Assembly (NCBI GenBank): GCA_035456145.1
Contig: DATIDU010000340.1
Coordinates: forward strand, 1-45,958
Origin: Gaiellales bacterium
Lineage (GTDB): Bacteria; Actinomycetota; Thermoleophilia; Gaiellales; JAICJC01
Length of the DNA stretch: 45,958 bases
Direction of reading: 5' to 3'
Position 1 is the stretch's first letter. Each line of letters begins with the position of its first letter. Under the pieces are notes generated by a model. That model saw only the letters and a program-made list of their open reading frames with translations, did no database searches and had not been told where the DNA came from. Positions 8,132 to 16,147 of this stretch are shown in pieces. The translations under genes and the position numbers were made by a program.

Positions 8132-9811
8132 ATGGTGACGCCGGAGGAGATCGGCCAGATCGCGGTGTTCGCGCAGCTTTCGGAGCGCGACCGCGAGCGG
8201 CTTTCGCAGGTGGCGGCCGACATCACGCTGGTGCCGGGCGAGTACGCGGCCTACGAGGGCAGCGAGCGGGCGCTCTTCGGCCTGCTCGACGGCCGGATCG
8301 AGGCCGTGAAGCGGGTCGACGGCGTCGACAAGGTCGTCGGCGAGCGGCAGCCCGGCGACATCTTCGGCGAGGTGCCCGTGACGCTCGGGACGGTCTTCCC
8401 GGCGGGTTTTCGCGCCGCCGAGGCGAGCCGCGTGGTGCGCATCGAGCCGCACGACTTCTATGCCGTCGCGTCGATCGCCCCGGACGTGGCCAAGGAGGTC
8501 GGCCGGCTGGCGAGCCACCGGATCGGCGGGCCGGGCGGCCTGCAGGGCATCGTGGGCGAGCCGTGGACGCCGCGGGCGATCGTCGTCGGTCCGCGCTGGG
8601 ACGCCGCGTGCGCCATGCTGCGCCACTTCCTCGATCGAAACCAGGTCACGTTCCGGTGGATCCAGCCGGACGCCCCCGATGCGGCCGAGCACTGGGACGG
8701 GCCACTTCCGGCCGACGCGGATTGCCCGGTTCTGCGCGTCGTCGACGGCAAGACGGTCGTGAAACCCACGCTGCGGCGCGTGGCCGAGCTGCTCGGCCTC
8801 TCCACCGAGCCGCTGGCCGCGGAGTACGACACGGTCGTGGTCGGCGCCGGCCCCTCGGGTCTCGCCGCCGCCGTCTACGGCGCGTCGGAGGGCCTGCGGA
8901 CGATCGTCATCGAGCGCGAGGCGCCCGGCGGCCAGGCGGGTACGTCGTCGCGGATCGAGAACTACCTCGGGTTCCCGTCCGGGGTATCCGGCGAGGAGCT
9001 CGCCAGCCGCGCCCTCCAGCAGGCGCGTAGGCTCGGCGCCGAGATCCTCGTGACGCGCACGATCACCCGTATCGACGCCCCGACCCGCCAGCTGCATCTC
9101 GACGGCGGCGACGTCCTGCGGGCCCGCACGATCATCCTCGCCTGCGGCGTCGCCTGGCGGCAGCTGGAGATCGACGGCTTCGACCGGCTGGCCGGGAAGG
9201 GCATCTCCTACGGCGCGGTGCGAAGCGAGGCGCCGGCGACGCACGGGCTCGACGTGCACATCGTGGGTGCCGGGAACTCGGCCGGCCAGGCTGCAATGTT
9301 CTTCTCGAACCACGCGCGCAGCGTGACCATCCTCTGCCGCGGCGACGGGCTGGAGAAGGGCATGTCGCGGTATCTCATCGACCAGATCGAGGCGCGCCCG
9401 AACATCGCGGTGCGGCGCCGCACGGAGGTGACCGCGGCGCACGGCGGTGCCTCGATCGAGGCGATCGACGTCACGAGCTCAGAGACGGGCGAGACCGCCA
9501 GGCTCGAGTCAGGGGGTCTCTTCATCCTGATCGGGGCGGACGCCGAGACGGGCTGGCTGCCGACGGAGATCGCGCTCGACGACCACGGCTACGTGCTCAC
9601 CGGGGCCGACGCCGCCGCGGTCGACGGCTGGACGCTCGACCGCGACCCGTATCTGCTCGAGACGAGCGTCCCCGGGATCTTCGCCTGCGGCGACGTCCGC
9701 TGCAGTCCCGTGAAGCGGGTCGCGGCTGCCGTCGGCGAGGGCAGCATGGCGATCGCGTTCGTGCACCAGTACCTCAAGGAGGCCGACGCCTCCGCCGTCG
9801 CGCCGGCCTAG
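8132..9811 (+). CDS. cyclic nucleotide-binding domain / glutaredoxin-like linker / thioredoxin-reductase-like flavoprotein fusion (559 aa)
   Basis: The CNB region is [12 protein letters not shown]...[12 protein letters not shown]...RAAEASRV. The FAD motif is [22 protein letters not shown] and the NAD(P) motif is [14 protein letters not shown]. The C-terminal region has GIFACGDV...[10 protein letters not shown]. The expected redox CxxC position reads [10 protein letters not shown]. Confidence 0.85.
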   Translation: MVTPEEIGQIAVFAQLSERDRERLSQVAADITLVPGEYAAYEGSERALFGLLDGRIEAVKRVDGVDKVVGERQPGDIFGEVPVTLGTVFPAGFRAAEASRVVRIEPHDFYAVASIAPDVAKEVGRLASHRIGGPGGLQGIVGEPWTPRAIVVGPRWDAACAMLRHFLDRNQVTFRWIQPDAPDAAEHWDGPLPADADCPVLRVVDGKTVVKPTLRRVAELLGLSTEPLAAEYDTVVVGAGPSGLAAAVYGASEGLRTIVIEREAPGGQAGTSSRIENYLGFPSGVSGEELASRALQQARRLGAEILVTRTITRIDAPTRQLHLDGGDVLRARTIILACGVAWRQLEIDGFDRLAGKGISYGAVRSEAPATHGLDVHIVGAGNSAGQAAMFFSNHARSVTILCRGDGLEKGMSRYLIDQIEARPNIAVRRRTEVTAAHGGASIEAIDVTSSETGETARLESGGLFILIGADAETGWLPTEIALDDHGYVLTGADAAAVDGWTLDRDPYLLETSVPGIFACGDVRCSPVKRVAAAVGEGSMAIAFVHQYLKEADASAVAPA

Positions 9812-10011
9812 ATGATTGATTCCACGTCCACGCGAGCCTGGACGTCCGTCTGTGGAGGGTTGCCGCCTGTGGTGGGGCTGCGGCTGCGAACTGTCGCATC
9901 GCCGCGTCCTCGGTCGGGCCAATATCTCGTGCCGATATTGACCCTCCCTGCGTCCTAGCGCTGCTCGGTTCTGGCCGCCCAGGACATCACGTGGGCGTGG
10001 AATCAATCATC
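9811..10011. mobile_element. MITE-like palindromic element (candidate) between two convergent genes
   Basis: A perfect 16-bp terminal inverted repeat joins gatgattgattccacg (9811-9826) and cgtggaatcaatcatc (9996-10011). The match extends to about 38 bp with a few mismatches. There is further internal pairing (ggaggg / ccctcc) and a central AT-rich hairpin, caatatc-N7-gatattg. The termini are AT-rich compared with the rest of the window. Confidence 0.35.
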
Positions 10012-10835
10012 TCGATCTCGCGCAGCCGCCCGAGCGCCTGCTCTGCGTCCTTCGCCGCCTTGGCGTGGGCCTTCTCGGCCCGCTCGGCGGCCCGGCGGGC
10101 ATCCTTCGCCCGCGCCTCGGCGGCGGCGAGCTCCTCTCGCGCCGCCGCGAGCGTCGCCTGGGCGTCGACGAGCGTGGCCGCCGCCTTCTGCGCGGCCGCC
10201 GCCGCCCGCTCGCGCCGTTTCGCCCCGACCTCGTCGCGGGGCTTCGCAGCGGGCGCCGGCCGCCGCGCCGCCGGCTTGGCCTTCGCCCTCGGCGCCGGCT
10301 TCGGCTTCGGCGGCGGCGCGGCCCGGCGGCGATCCTCCGGGATTTCGAGGCCCATGGGGAAGCCGACCGCCCGCTGCTCGCGCACGAGAACGCCGCGGCG
10401 GACCTGCTCGGCAAGGCCGGCGTCGAGCGCGGCCGCGTGGAGCGTCTCGCGCACCCGGTCGATCGTGGCCGCGGTCGCGGACCCGCGGCTCGACGCGATG
10501 CCTTCCCCCGCCCGCATCAGCGCGCGGAGCGCCGCCTCCTGCGCCTGCCCGGCGGCGCGAAGGTCGGCCGCCGATCCAGCGCCGAGCTGGATCTCGCGCA
10601 GGCTCGCACCGGCATCGAGGAGCTCGCCCATCCGACCCGCCTCCTGACGCGCGAGACGGTTCACGATCCACGCTGCGACGCTCGGCTTGGGGAGCTTGGC
10701 CGCGGCGGCGGCGTCCTCGCGCCGCCCCTGGGCACGCAGCTCCTTCGCGGCCGCCGCGCGCTCGGTCACGAAGTCGTCGAGATCCGCCCCATAGACGCGA
10801 TCTTCGACGGCTGCGATGTCGGCGGCCACGCCCAA
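9987..10835 (-). CDS. hypothetical protein with Ala/Lys/Pro-rich linker and C-terminal coiled coil (282 aa)
   Basis: TTG (10835) or GTG (10829) start. The N-terminal domain (YGADLDDFVTERAAAAKELRAQGRREDAAAAAKLPKPSVAAWIVNRL) looks conserved. It is followed by PKPKPAPRAKAKPAARRPAPAAKP and an Ala/Glu/Arg heptad-like tail. The last 8 codons lie inside the right arm of the palindromic element. Confidence 0.6.
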   Translation of the reverse strand: MGVAADIAAVEDRVYGADLDDFVTERAAAAKELRAQGRREDAAAAAKLPKPSVAAWIVNRLARQEAGRMGELLDAGASLREIQLGAGSAADLRAAGQAQEAALRALMRAGEGIASSRGSATAATIDRVRETLHAAALDAGLAEQVRRGVLVREQRAVGFPMGLEIPEDRRRAAPPPKPKPAPRAKAKPAARRPAPAAKPRDEVGAKRRERAAAAAQKAAATLVDAQATLAAAREELAAAEARAKDARRAAERAEKAHAKAAKDAEQALGRLREIEMIDSTPT

Positions 10836-13024
10836 ACGCTACCCCGACAGGACCTGTCGAACCGCACCACGAATGCATGCGTGCTGCCATCGTCGAGCTT
10901 GAGGATGAACGCGCGGCATGTGCCGGCCCACGCCCGGTCCGTCTGCCAGAGGAGCACGTAGCGCCCCCACCAGCGGAAGTAGTGGACTCCGCCGCCCACC
11001 AGCCGCACCGGGTCGCCCCCGGCCGGGACATCGGCCGAACCGCAGGTGACCGGCGCGGAGACCGGATAGCCCGGGGCCACGACGTGGTCTCCGAAGTTGC
11101 CACCGAGCGAGAAGGCGACGGGGATCACGCGGCCTGCGTGAGCGTGGGTCAGCGGCCGGGTGAAGAAGCCGCCCCAGGTGTAGCCGCCGTCCACCCAGTA
11201 CCCCGACGTGAGCGAGCTGCTGTTGCCGGCGGCGTCGGTCGCTGTGATGGTGAACTGATGGTGGCCTGGGGTCGCCGTATCCAGCGGCCCGGCGGGACCG
11301 GCGCACGTTGCGGTGCCCGAGCCGCCGTCGATGCAGGCGTACACCGGGTTCACGACCGCGCCGCGGGTCACCACGGCCCCGTCGGCGGGCGTCGAGACCG
11401 AGATCGCCGGCGCCCGGCGGTCGATCCGGAACGGCCTGACCGGGCCGGCGACGGCGCAGTTGCCGGCGACGTCGCACACGGAGCGGGTGTCTGTCGCCGC
11501 GTCCGCGGTCTCGGTGCCGGCGTCGACCGAGGTGGCCAGGGTGAAGCTCGCGTCGGCGGGATCCGCAAGGCCGGACGCCGCGTCAGAGGCGGTGCAGGTG
11601 ATCGTCGCGTTGCCGGCGTGCCAGGCACCGTCGGCATCCGGGCAGGTGATCGAGGGCGGCTCGCCGTCGGACTCGACACGATGCGCGAAGAGGTCCCATG
11701 CGGCGCCGTCGGCGGGGACGAGGTTCGAGGCCTTCGATCCGAAGGCGACCTCCGCCCCGTCCGGGCTCAAGGTCGGAAGCTGCGAGATCCCGTTCGGATC
11801 GTCGCCCGCGTCCGTCACGCTCGCACGCTGAGTCACGCCGGCGCTGAGATCGCGCACGAAGATGTCGGTCGTCCCGTCGCCGTCGCCGGGGACGATGTTG
11901 GCCGCGAAGGATGCGAACGCCACCCAGCGGCCGTCGTCCGAGACGCTCGGATCGGTGCTGGTTCCCTTCGCGGGCGCACCTCCGTCGCCCGTGCTGACGA
12001 GCGTGAAGGCGTCCGATGCCCGGTCGTAGAGGAACACGTCGCCGGCCAGGTTCGTGTCGTCCGGGACGAGGTTCGAGGCCGACGACGCGAAGACCACGTG
12101 CGTTCCGTCCGGCGTGATCCCGGGCAGCCCGGCCGTGCTGGCGCCGTTTGCCGTCTCGCCGGTGGGTGCGTGGCTCACCAGAAGCGTCGTGCCGGCGGCG
12201 GTGTCGCGCACGAAGACGTCCCGCGCCCCGTTTCCGTCGTTCGCCACGAGGTTCGAGGCGGCCGACTGGAACACGACAACACCGTCGTTCGAGACCGAGG
12301 CGGCGTCCGAGGCACCGTTCTCCCATCCTCCGCCCTGCGGCACGCTGGCCCGGACGACGGTGCCGGCGTCCCGGTCTGCCACGTAGACCTCGCGCGTGAA
12401 GTCGGGCTTGCTCGGGGCGAGATTCTGCGCGGTCGACGAGAAGGCGACGAAGCGGCCGTTGGCGCTGATCATCGCGGGCGAGCCGAGTGCGGAATGGCCG
12501 TTCGCTTGGCCTCCGCCGGGCGGCATGGAGAGTCGTGTCGTCGTGCCCGTCTCGAGGTCGCGGACGAAGACGTCCGAGAAGCCGTTGCTGTCTCCGGCGA
12601 CGAGGTTGGACGCCAGCGAGCCGAACGCGACGTACCGGCCGTCCGCCGAGATCGACGCGTCGTCGGAGTCGTTGTTCGCGGGAAGCCCGTTCAGACCCGT
12701 GCTGACGAGCGTGGTCGTACCCGTCGCGAGATCGCGAACGAACACGTCGCGGCGTCCGTTGGTGTCGCCGGGGACGAGGTTCGCGCTCGTCGAGGTGAAG
12801 ACGACGCGCCCGTTGGCGCTCCACTGCGGCCGGCCGAACGCCCCGACCTCGTCGGCGCTCGCGCCCTGTGGTGTCACGCTGATGAGCTCGGTCGCCGGCT
12901 GGGCACCCTGAGCTGCGCCGGTCGTCAGCGAGGCCACGACCCCGACGGGGACCAGCAGACGTGCGAGCGTTCCGAGGAGTCCGCGCTGTTTCCGGCCTGC
13001 TGTCACCTGGTGCACCTCTCTCAT
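10766..13024 (-). CDS. secreted PD40/TolB-like seven-blade beta-propeller protein with Ig-like (HYR-like) region and PxKF-like C-terminal domain (752 aa)
   Basis: Signal-like N-terminus (LLGTLARLLVPVGVVASLTTGAAQGA). Seven tandem repeats follow the pattern S-x-[DN]-G-R-x-V-A-F-x-S-x-A-x-N-L-V-x-x-D-x-N-x-x-x-D-V-F-V-R-D. A Cys-containing Ig-like segment includes ATDAAGN. The tail has VIPVAFSLGG...WQTDRAWAGTCRAFILKLDDGSTHAFVVRF. Confidence 0.8.
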   Translation of the reverse strand: MREVHQVTAGRKQRGLLGTLARLLVPVGVVASLTTGAAQGAQPATELISVTPQGASADEVGAFGRPQWSANGRVVFTSTSANLVPGDTNGRRDVFVRDLATGTTTLVSTGLNGLPANNDSDDASISADGRYVAFGSLASNLVAGDSNGFSDVFVRDLETGTTTRLSMPPGGGQANGHSALGSPAMISANGRFVAFSSTAQNLAPSKPDFTREVYVADRDAGTVVRASVPQGGGWENGASDAASVSNDGVVVFQSAASNLVANDGNGARDVFVRDTAAGTTLLVSHAPTGETANGASTAGLPGITPDGTHVVFASSASNLVPDDTNLAGDVFLYDRASDAFTLVSTGDGGAPAKGTSTDPSVSDDGRWVAFASFAANIVPGDGDGTTDIFVRDLSAGVTQRASVTDAGDDPNGISQLPTLSPDGAEVAFGSKASNLVPADGAAWDLFAHRVESDGEPPSITCPDADGAWHAGNATITCTASDAASGLADPADASFTLATSVDAGTETADAATDTRSVCDVAGNCAVAGPVRPFRIDRRAPAISVSTPADGAVVTRGAVVNPVYACIDGGSGTATCAGPAGPLDTATPGHHQFTITATDAAGNSSSLTSGYWVDGGYTWGGFFTRPLTHAHAGRVIPVAFSLGGNFGDHVVAPGYPVSAPVTCGSADVPAGGDPVRLVGGGVHYFRWWGRYVLLWQTDRAWAGTCRAFILKLDDGSTHAFVVRFDRSCRGSVWAWPPTSQPSKIASMGRISTTS
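11669..12820 (-). repeat. seven tandem 50-60-codon blade repeats inside the PD40 protein gene
   Basis: The repeat units start at SANGRVVF, SADGRYVAF, SANGRFVAF, SNDGVVVF, TPDGTHVVF, SDDGRWVAF and SPDGAEVAF. Each is followed by the S-x-A-x-N-L-V...DVFVRD core. Together they cover aa 69-452 of the product. Confidence 0.8.
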
Positions 13025-13059
13025 CGTGTCTGGGGTTGGTGCACGCGGGGGAGTGCGCA

Positions 13060-13077
13060 GACGGCGGAGCCGCCGTC
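13060..13077 (-). terminator. possible hairpin terminator after the ABC ATPase gene
   Basis: gacggcgg-ag-ccgccgtc forms a GC-rich 7-8-bp stem 34 nt downstream of the minus-strand stop at 13111. There is no U-tract. Confidence 0.3.
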
Positions 13078-13110
13078 CTCAATGCATCGGCCTGTCGGCG
13101 ATCGCGCCGC

Positions 13111-13920
13111 TCACCCGGGCGGGTGGCCGGCCACGGACGCTTTCGCGGGATCTGGTCTGACCCCGGTGGGGGATCGCATGGTGTGGGCATCGCCGGGATG
13201 GTCCGCGACGACGCGTCCGTCCCTGAGCTCGATCACCCGCGGGGCCGACGCCGCCAGCTCGCGGTCGTGGGTGACCAGGACGACGGTCTGGCCGTGCACG
13301 GCCGAGAGCGTGCGCAGGAGGTCGAGGATCTCGCCGCCCGTGGTCGAATCCAGGTTCCCGGTCGGCTCGTCCGCGAGGACGACGCTGGGGTCCGTCGAGA
13401 GCGCCCGCGCGATCGCCACCCGCTGCTGCTCTCCGCCGGAGAGCTGGGACGGAAGATGCGCAGCCCGCCCCTGCAGGCCCACGGTGTCGAGCAGGTCGGC
13501 CGCCCGTTCGGCGCGCGAGCCGCCCTTCGCCAGGATCAGCTTCGCCTCGACGTTCTGTCGCGCCGTGAGCGTCGGGATGAGGTTGAACTGCTGGAACACG
13601 AACCCGATCCGCTCGCGCCGCAGGCGGGTCAGCTCGCGCTCGCTCATCCCTGAGAGCGGCATGCCGGCGAACGCGATGGTACCGCCCGTCGGGCGGTCAA
13701 GCGCGCCCAGGAGCTGGAGCAGGGTCGTCTTTCCGGAGCCGCTCGCTCCGACGACGGCGAGCAGCTCCCCGGCCCGGATCTCGAGGTCGACGTCCTCGAG
13801 CGCCGCCACCCGCCCGCCTCCCGAGCCGTACCTTCGGGAGACGCTGCGGAGCTGGTAGAGCGCTTGGGCGGCCTGCATCTCGCCGGCGTGCCCGTTTCGG
13901 TCGTCCGGTCGTGAGGTCAT
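13111..13920 (-). CDS. ABC transporter ATP-binding protein, MacB/LolD/FtsE-like (269 aa)
   Basis: Walker A is GASGSGKTTLL, the Q-loop is FVFQQFNL, the signature is LSGGEQQRVAIARAL, Walker B is VVLADEPTGNLD and the H-loop is VLVTHD. ATG 13920 is preceded by AAGGAG; the longer ORF-track start would overlap the permease gene. Confidence 0.95.
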   Translation of the reverse strand: MTSRPDDRNGHAGEMQAAQALYQLRSVSRRYGSGGGRVAALEDVDLEIRAGELLAVVGASGSGKTTLLQLLGALDRPTGGTIAFAGMPLSGMSERELTRLRRERIGFVFQQFNLIPTLTARQNVEAKLILAKGGSRAERAADLLDTVGLQGRAAHLPSQLSGGEQQRVAIARALSTDPSVVLADEPTGNLDSTTGGEILDLLRTLSAVHGQTVVLVTHDRELAASAPRVIELRDGRVVADHPGDAHTMRSPTGVRPDPAKASVAGHPPG

Positions 13921-13945
13921 CGTCGTGCTCCTTCGTCTGGATGGG

Positions 13946-15439
13946 TTACTCGACGTTCCGCAGGGCGACGGCCGGCCGCAGGCGCGCGGCACGAAGCCCG
14001 CCGGTCATGCCGGCCAGCAGGCCGCCTGCGATCGCGAGGGCGACGGCGATCGCGATCAGCCGGACGTCGGCGGAGGTCGTCAGGTCGACGAGCGTCGAGC
14101 CCAAGGTGACGTTCGCCCCGCCGAGGCCGAACGGGCCGCCGCCGGCCGGGCCGTTGCTTGCGGCCTGAGCTGCGCCGGCGACGGTGGCCTTGAGCGTCCA
14201 GCCGACCGTGTTGATCACGGCGATGGCCGCGACACCCAGGCCGACGCCGACCAGGCCGCCGAGCAGCCCCTGGAGGAGCGACTCGACCGAGATCTGGCGC
14301 ACGACCTGGAAGCTCGACCAGCCCAGCGCCTTCAGCGTTCCCAGCTCCCGGACGCGCTTGGTGACCGATGCGAGCGTGAGCAGGCTGGCGATCAGGACTG
14401 CGGCCACGAGGCCGGCGATCTCGAGTGCCGTCCCCAGCTTGGCGGAGAGGTGCTTGGCGTCGGTGAGCGACCCGCCCACCCGCTTGGCGAGTGTCGCGGC
14501 CGTCGTGACCTGCGCCCCCTTCATCGACGCCTTCATGCCGGCGGCGACCGACGACACCTGGCCGGTCGAGTCGGCCCGCACCTCGAGCGTATTGATCTGG
14601 CCCTTGTAGCCGGCGATCTTCTGAAGCGTCGCCAGCTCGACGTAGATGTCCGAGGCGGTGCCGCCGAGCGGGCTGGAGGCGATGCCCACGACGTGGAAGG
14701 TCGTACCGCCGAGCGTCACCGTCGAGCCGACGTGCAACTTGTTGGTGTTCGCGTAGGGCTGCGAGAGGATCGCCTGGTGCGCGCCGTCCTGTCCGGACGC
14801 AAAGTACGAACCCTTCACGATCTGGCTCGGCGTGACCGGGGCGAGGCTCGACCGCGTCTGGTCGACGCCGGTCACCGTGCGGGCGTCGACGTCGAGCGAG
14901 CTCGATCCGAAGCTTCCCGACGGCTGCTGGGCGCCGCCACCGCCGAACGACTGCCCGCCCTGTCCCTGGTCGATCCTGATCTTCGGCGCCTTCCCGTGGA
15001 TGTGGACGGCGTTCAGCGTGAGCGAGCCCGCGGCGCTCTGGACGCCGGACGTCGCGCGGGCCTTGGCGACCTGGGTGTCGGAGAACGAGAGCTGGGTCGC
15101 CTGGAACGTGTCCCGGTCGATCGTCGAGCCCGGCTTCACGCTGCCGAAGTCAAGCGGCCCACCGCCGGCCGCCGAGCGGCGCAGCCGCTGCTGCTCGGAC
15201 GGCGAGAGGTTCGAGAACGCCCCGCGGTTCGCCGTCAGCTTGATGGGTCGGGTCACCGACATGTCGGTGCCGACGCCGGTGAGCGGCTCGAGCACCTTCT
15301 GCTGCGCGCGGTCGAGGCCGGTCGAGAGCGCGCTCACGGCGATCACGAGGGCGACGCCGACGGCCAGCCCGAGCGAGGTCAGAACCGTCCGCGCCGGCCT
15401 GCGGCGGAGCTCGGAGAACATGTAGGACACGAAGAACAC
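13946..15439 (-). CDS. ABC transporter permease, FtsX/MacB type with large extracytoplasmic domain (497 aa)
   Basis: GTG 15439 has GAAGGAG 5 nt upstream. The N-terminus is SELRRRPARTVLTSLGLAVGVALVIAV (TM1). A loop of about 270 aa follows. The C-terminal FtsX three-helix bundle has RVRELGTLKALGWSSFQVVRQ...LAGMTGGLRAARLRPAVALRNVE. Confidence 0.9.
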   Translation of the reverse strand: MFFVSYMFSELRRRPARTVLTSLGLAVGVALVIAVSALSTGLDRAQQKVLEPLTGVGTDMSVTRPIKLTANRGAFSNLSPSEQQRLRRSAAGGGPLDFGSVKPGSTIDRDTFQATQLSFSDTQVAKARATSGVQSAAGSLTLNAVHIHGKAPKIRIDQGQGGQSFGGGGAQQPSGSFGSSSLDVDARTVTGVDQTRSSLAPVTPSQIVKGSYFASGQDGAHQAILSQPYANTNKLHVGSTVTLGGTTFHVVGIASSPLGGTASDIYVELATLQKIAGYKGQINTLEVRADSTGQVSSVAAGMKASMKGAQVTTAATLAKRVGGSLTDAKHLSAKLGTALEIAGLVAAVLIASLLTLASVTKRVRELGTLKALGWSSFQVVRQISVESLLQGLLGGLVGVGLGVAAIAVINTVGWTLKATVAGAAQAASNGPAGGGPFGLGGANVTLGSTLVDLTTSADVRLIAIAVALAIAGGLLAGMTGGLRAARLRPAVALRNVE

Positions 15440-15661
15440 GGCATCTCCTTCGAACGGGCGCGGACGTCGCCGCGGTCTTCACCCAGCGAACCTGCCCGAC
15501 CTCAGCGCCGCTTCCGAGAAGGCTGAGAGGCGGCTGGGAACCGCCCCGGACCGCGGCAGCTCTGAGGGAACTCCCACCGTCCCGGCAGCTGCTCCGGAGG
15601 ACGGGCCAGCACGCTGCGGCGAGCTCGCCACATCGGAGCGAGACGACGACCAAGGAGGAAC

Positions 15662-16084
15662 ATGACAGCCAAGACCGCGAGAGCCTGGGTCGTGACGGGG
15701 GCGCTCGCCCTCGGAGCGGCCGCCGGCGCGGCCGGCATTGCGAATGCCGCGTCGGGCGCGAACACCCAGGGGTCGACTGGCTCGGGGACGCCGGCGTTCG
15801 CCGCCAACGGCTCGCCGATGCAACCACGCGGCGGCCCGGACCCGGCCGCGATGAGCCACGGGCCGGGCGAGACGGACCTCACGGGCGCCGCGGCGTCCAG
15901 GGCCCGTGCGGCGGCTCGTGCCGCCGTCCCGGGAGCGACGGTGATCCGCGTCGAGACCGACTCCGCCGGAGCGGCCTACGAGGCGCACCTGCGCAGGTCC
16001 GACGGCACCTTCGTGACGGTGGAGCTCGACAAGGGCTTCGACGTCACAGGGACCCAGTCCGGGTTCGGCGGACCGGCTCGGTAG
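15662..16084 (+). CDS. secreted PepSY-like domain protein (140 aa)
   Basis: AAGGAGGA RBS upstream. Signal peptide is MTAKTARAWVVTGALALGAAAGAAGIANA. The C-terminal region GATVIRVETDSAGAAYEAHLRRSDGTFVTVELDKGFDV matches the PepSY pattern. Confidence 0.75.
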   Translation: MTAKTARAWVVTGALALGAAAGAAGIANAASGANTQGSTGSGTPAFAANGSPMQPRGGPDPAAMSHGPGETDLTGAAASRARAAARAAVPGATVIRVETDSAGAAYEAHLRRSDGTFVTVELDKGFDVTGTQSGFGGPAR

Positions 16085-16093
16085 CGCGACCAG

Positions 16094-16125
16094 CGCGCCC
16101 GGCCTCGTTCGGTAGGCCGGGCGCG
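16094..16125. terminator. bidirectional hairpin terminator between the convergent PepSY and HtrA genes
   Basis: A perfect 12-bp stem joins cgcgcccggcct (16094-16105) and aggccgggcgcg (16114-16125), with an 8-nt loop. An additional outer pairing is gtagcg..cgctac. Confidence 0.7.
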
Positions 16126-16147
16126 TGTCGCTACCTCGAGGCCGCCC

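Noticed and set aside
7862-9442. 526-aa minus-strand ORF antisense to the CNB-TrxR-like gene
   Set aside because: It is antisense shadow with no motifs and an Arg-rich product. The sense frame has CNB, FAD and NAD(P) motifs.
10003-11103. Alternative-frame ORFs (366 aa and 135 aa minus; 218 aa and 298 aa plus) across the Ala/Arg-rich region
   Set aside because: The low-complexity GC-rich repeat sequence keeps several frames open. Only the 9987..10835 frame yields a globular-looking N-terminal domain and a heptad-like coiled coil.
10877-15526. Very long plus-strand ORFs 10877..13858 (993 aa) and 13925..15526 (533 aa)
   Set aside because: They are antisense to the PD40 protein and the ABC ATPase and permease genes, all of which have strong family signatures on the minus strand. 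The plus-strand products are Arg/Gly-rich and featureless.
15482-15538. Possible riboswitch in the PepSY 5' leader: short nested helices (cccagc/gctggg, ctcagc/gctgag) and TPP-riboswitch-like words gaacctg and ctgagag
   Set aside because: The two TPP-like words occur in the wrong order relative to the THI-box consensus. The helices are only 6 bp. No thiamine-related gene is downstream. This is most likely chance in GC-rich sequence.
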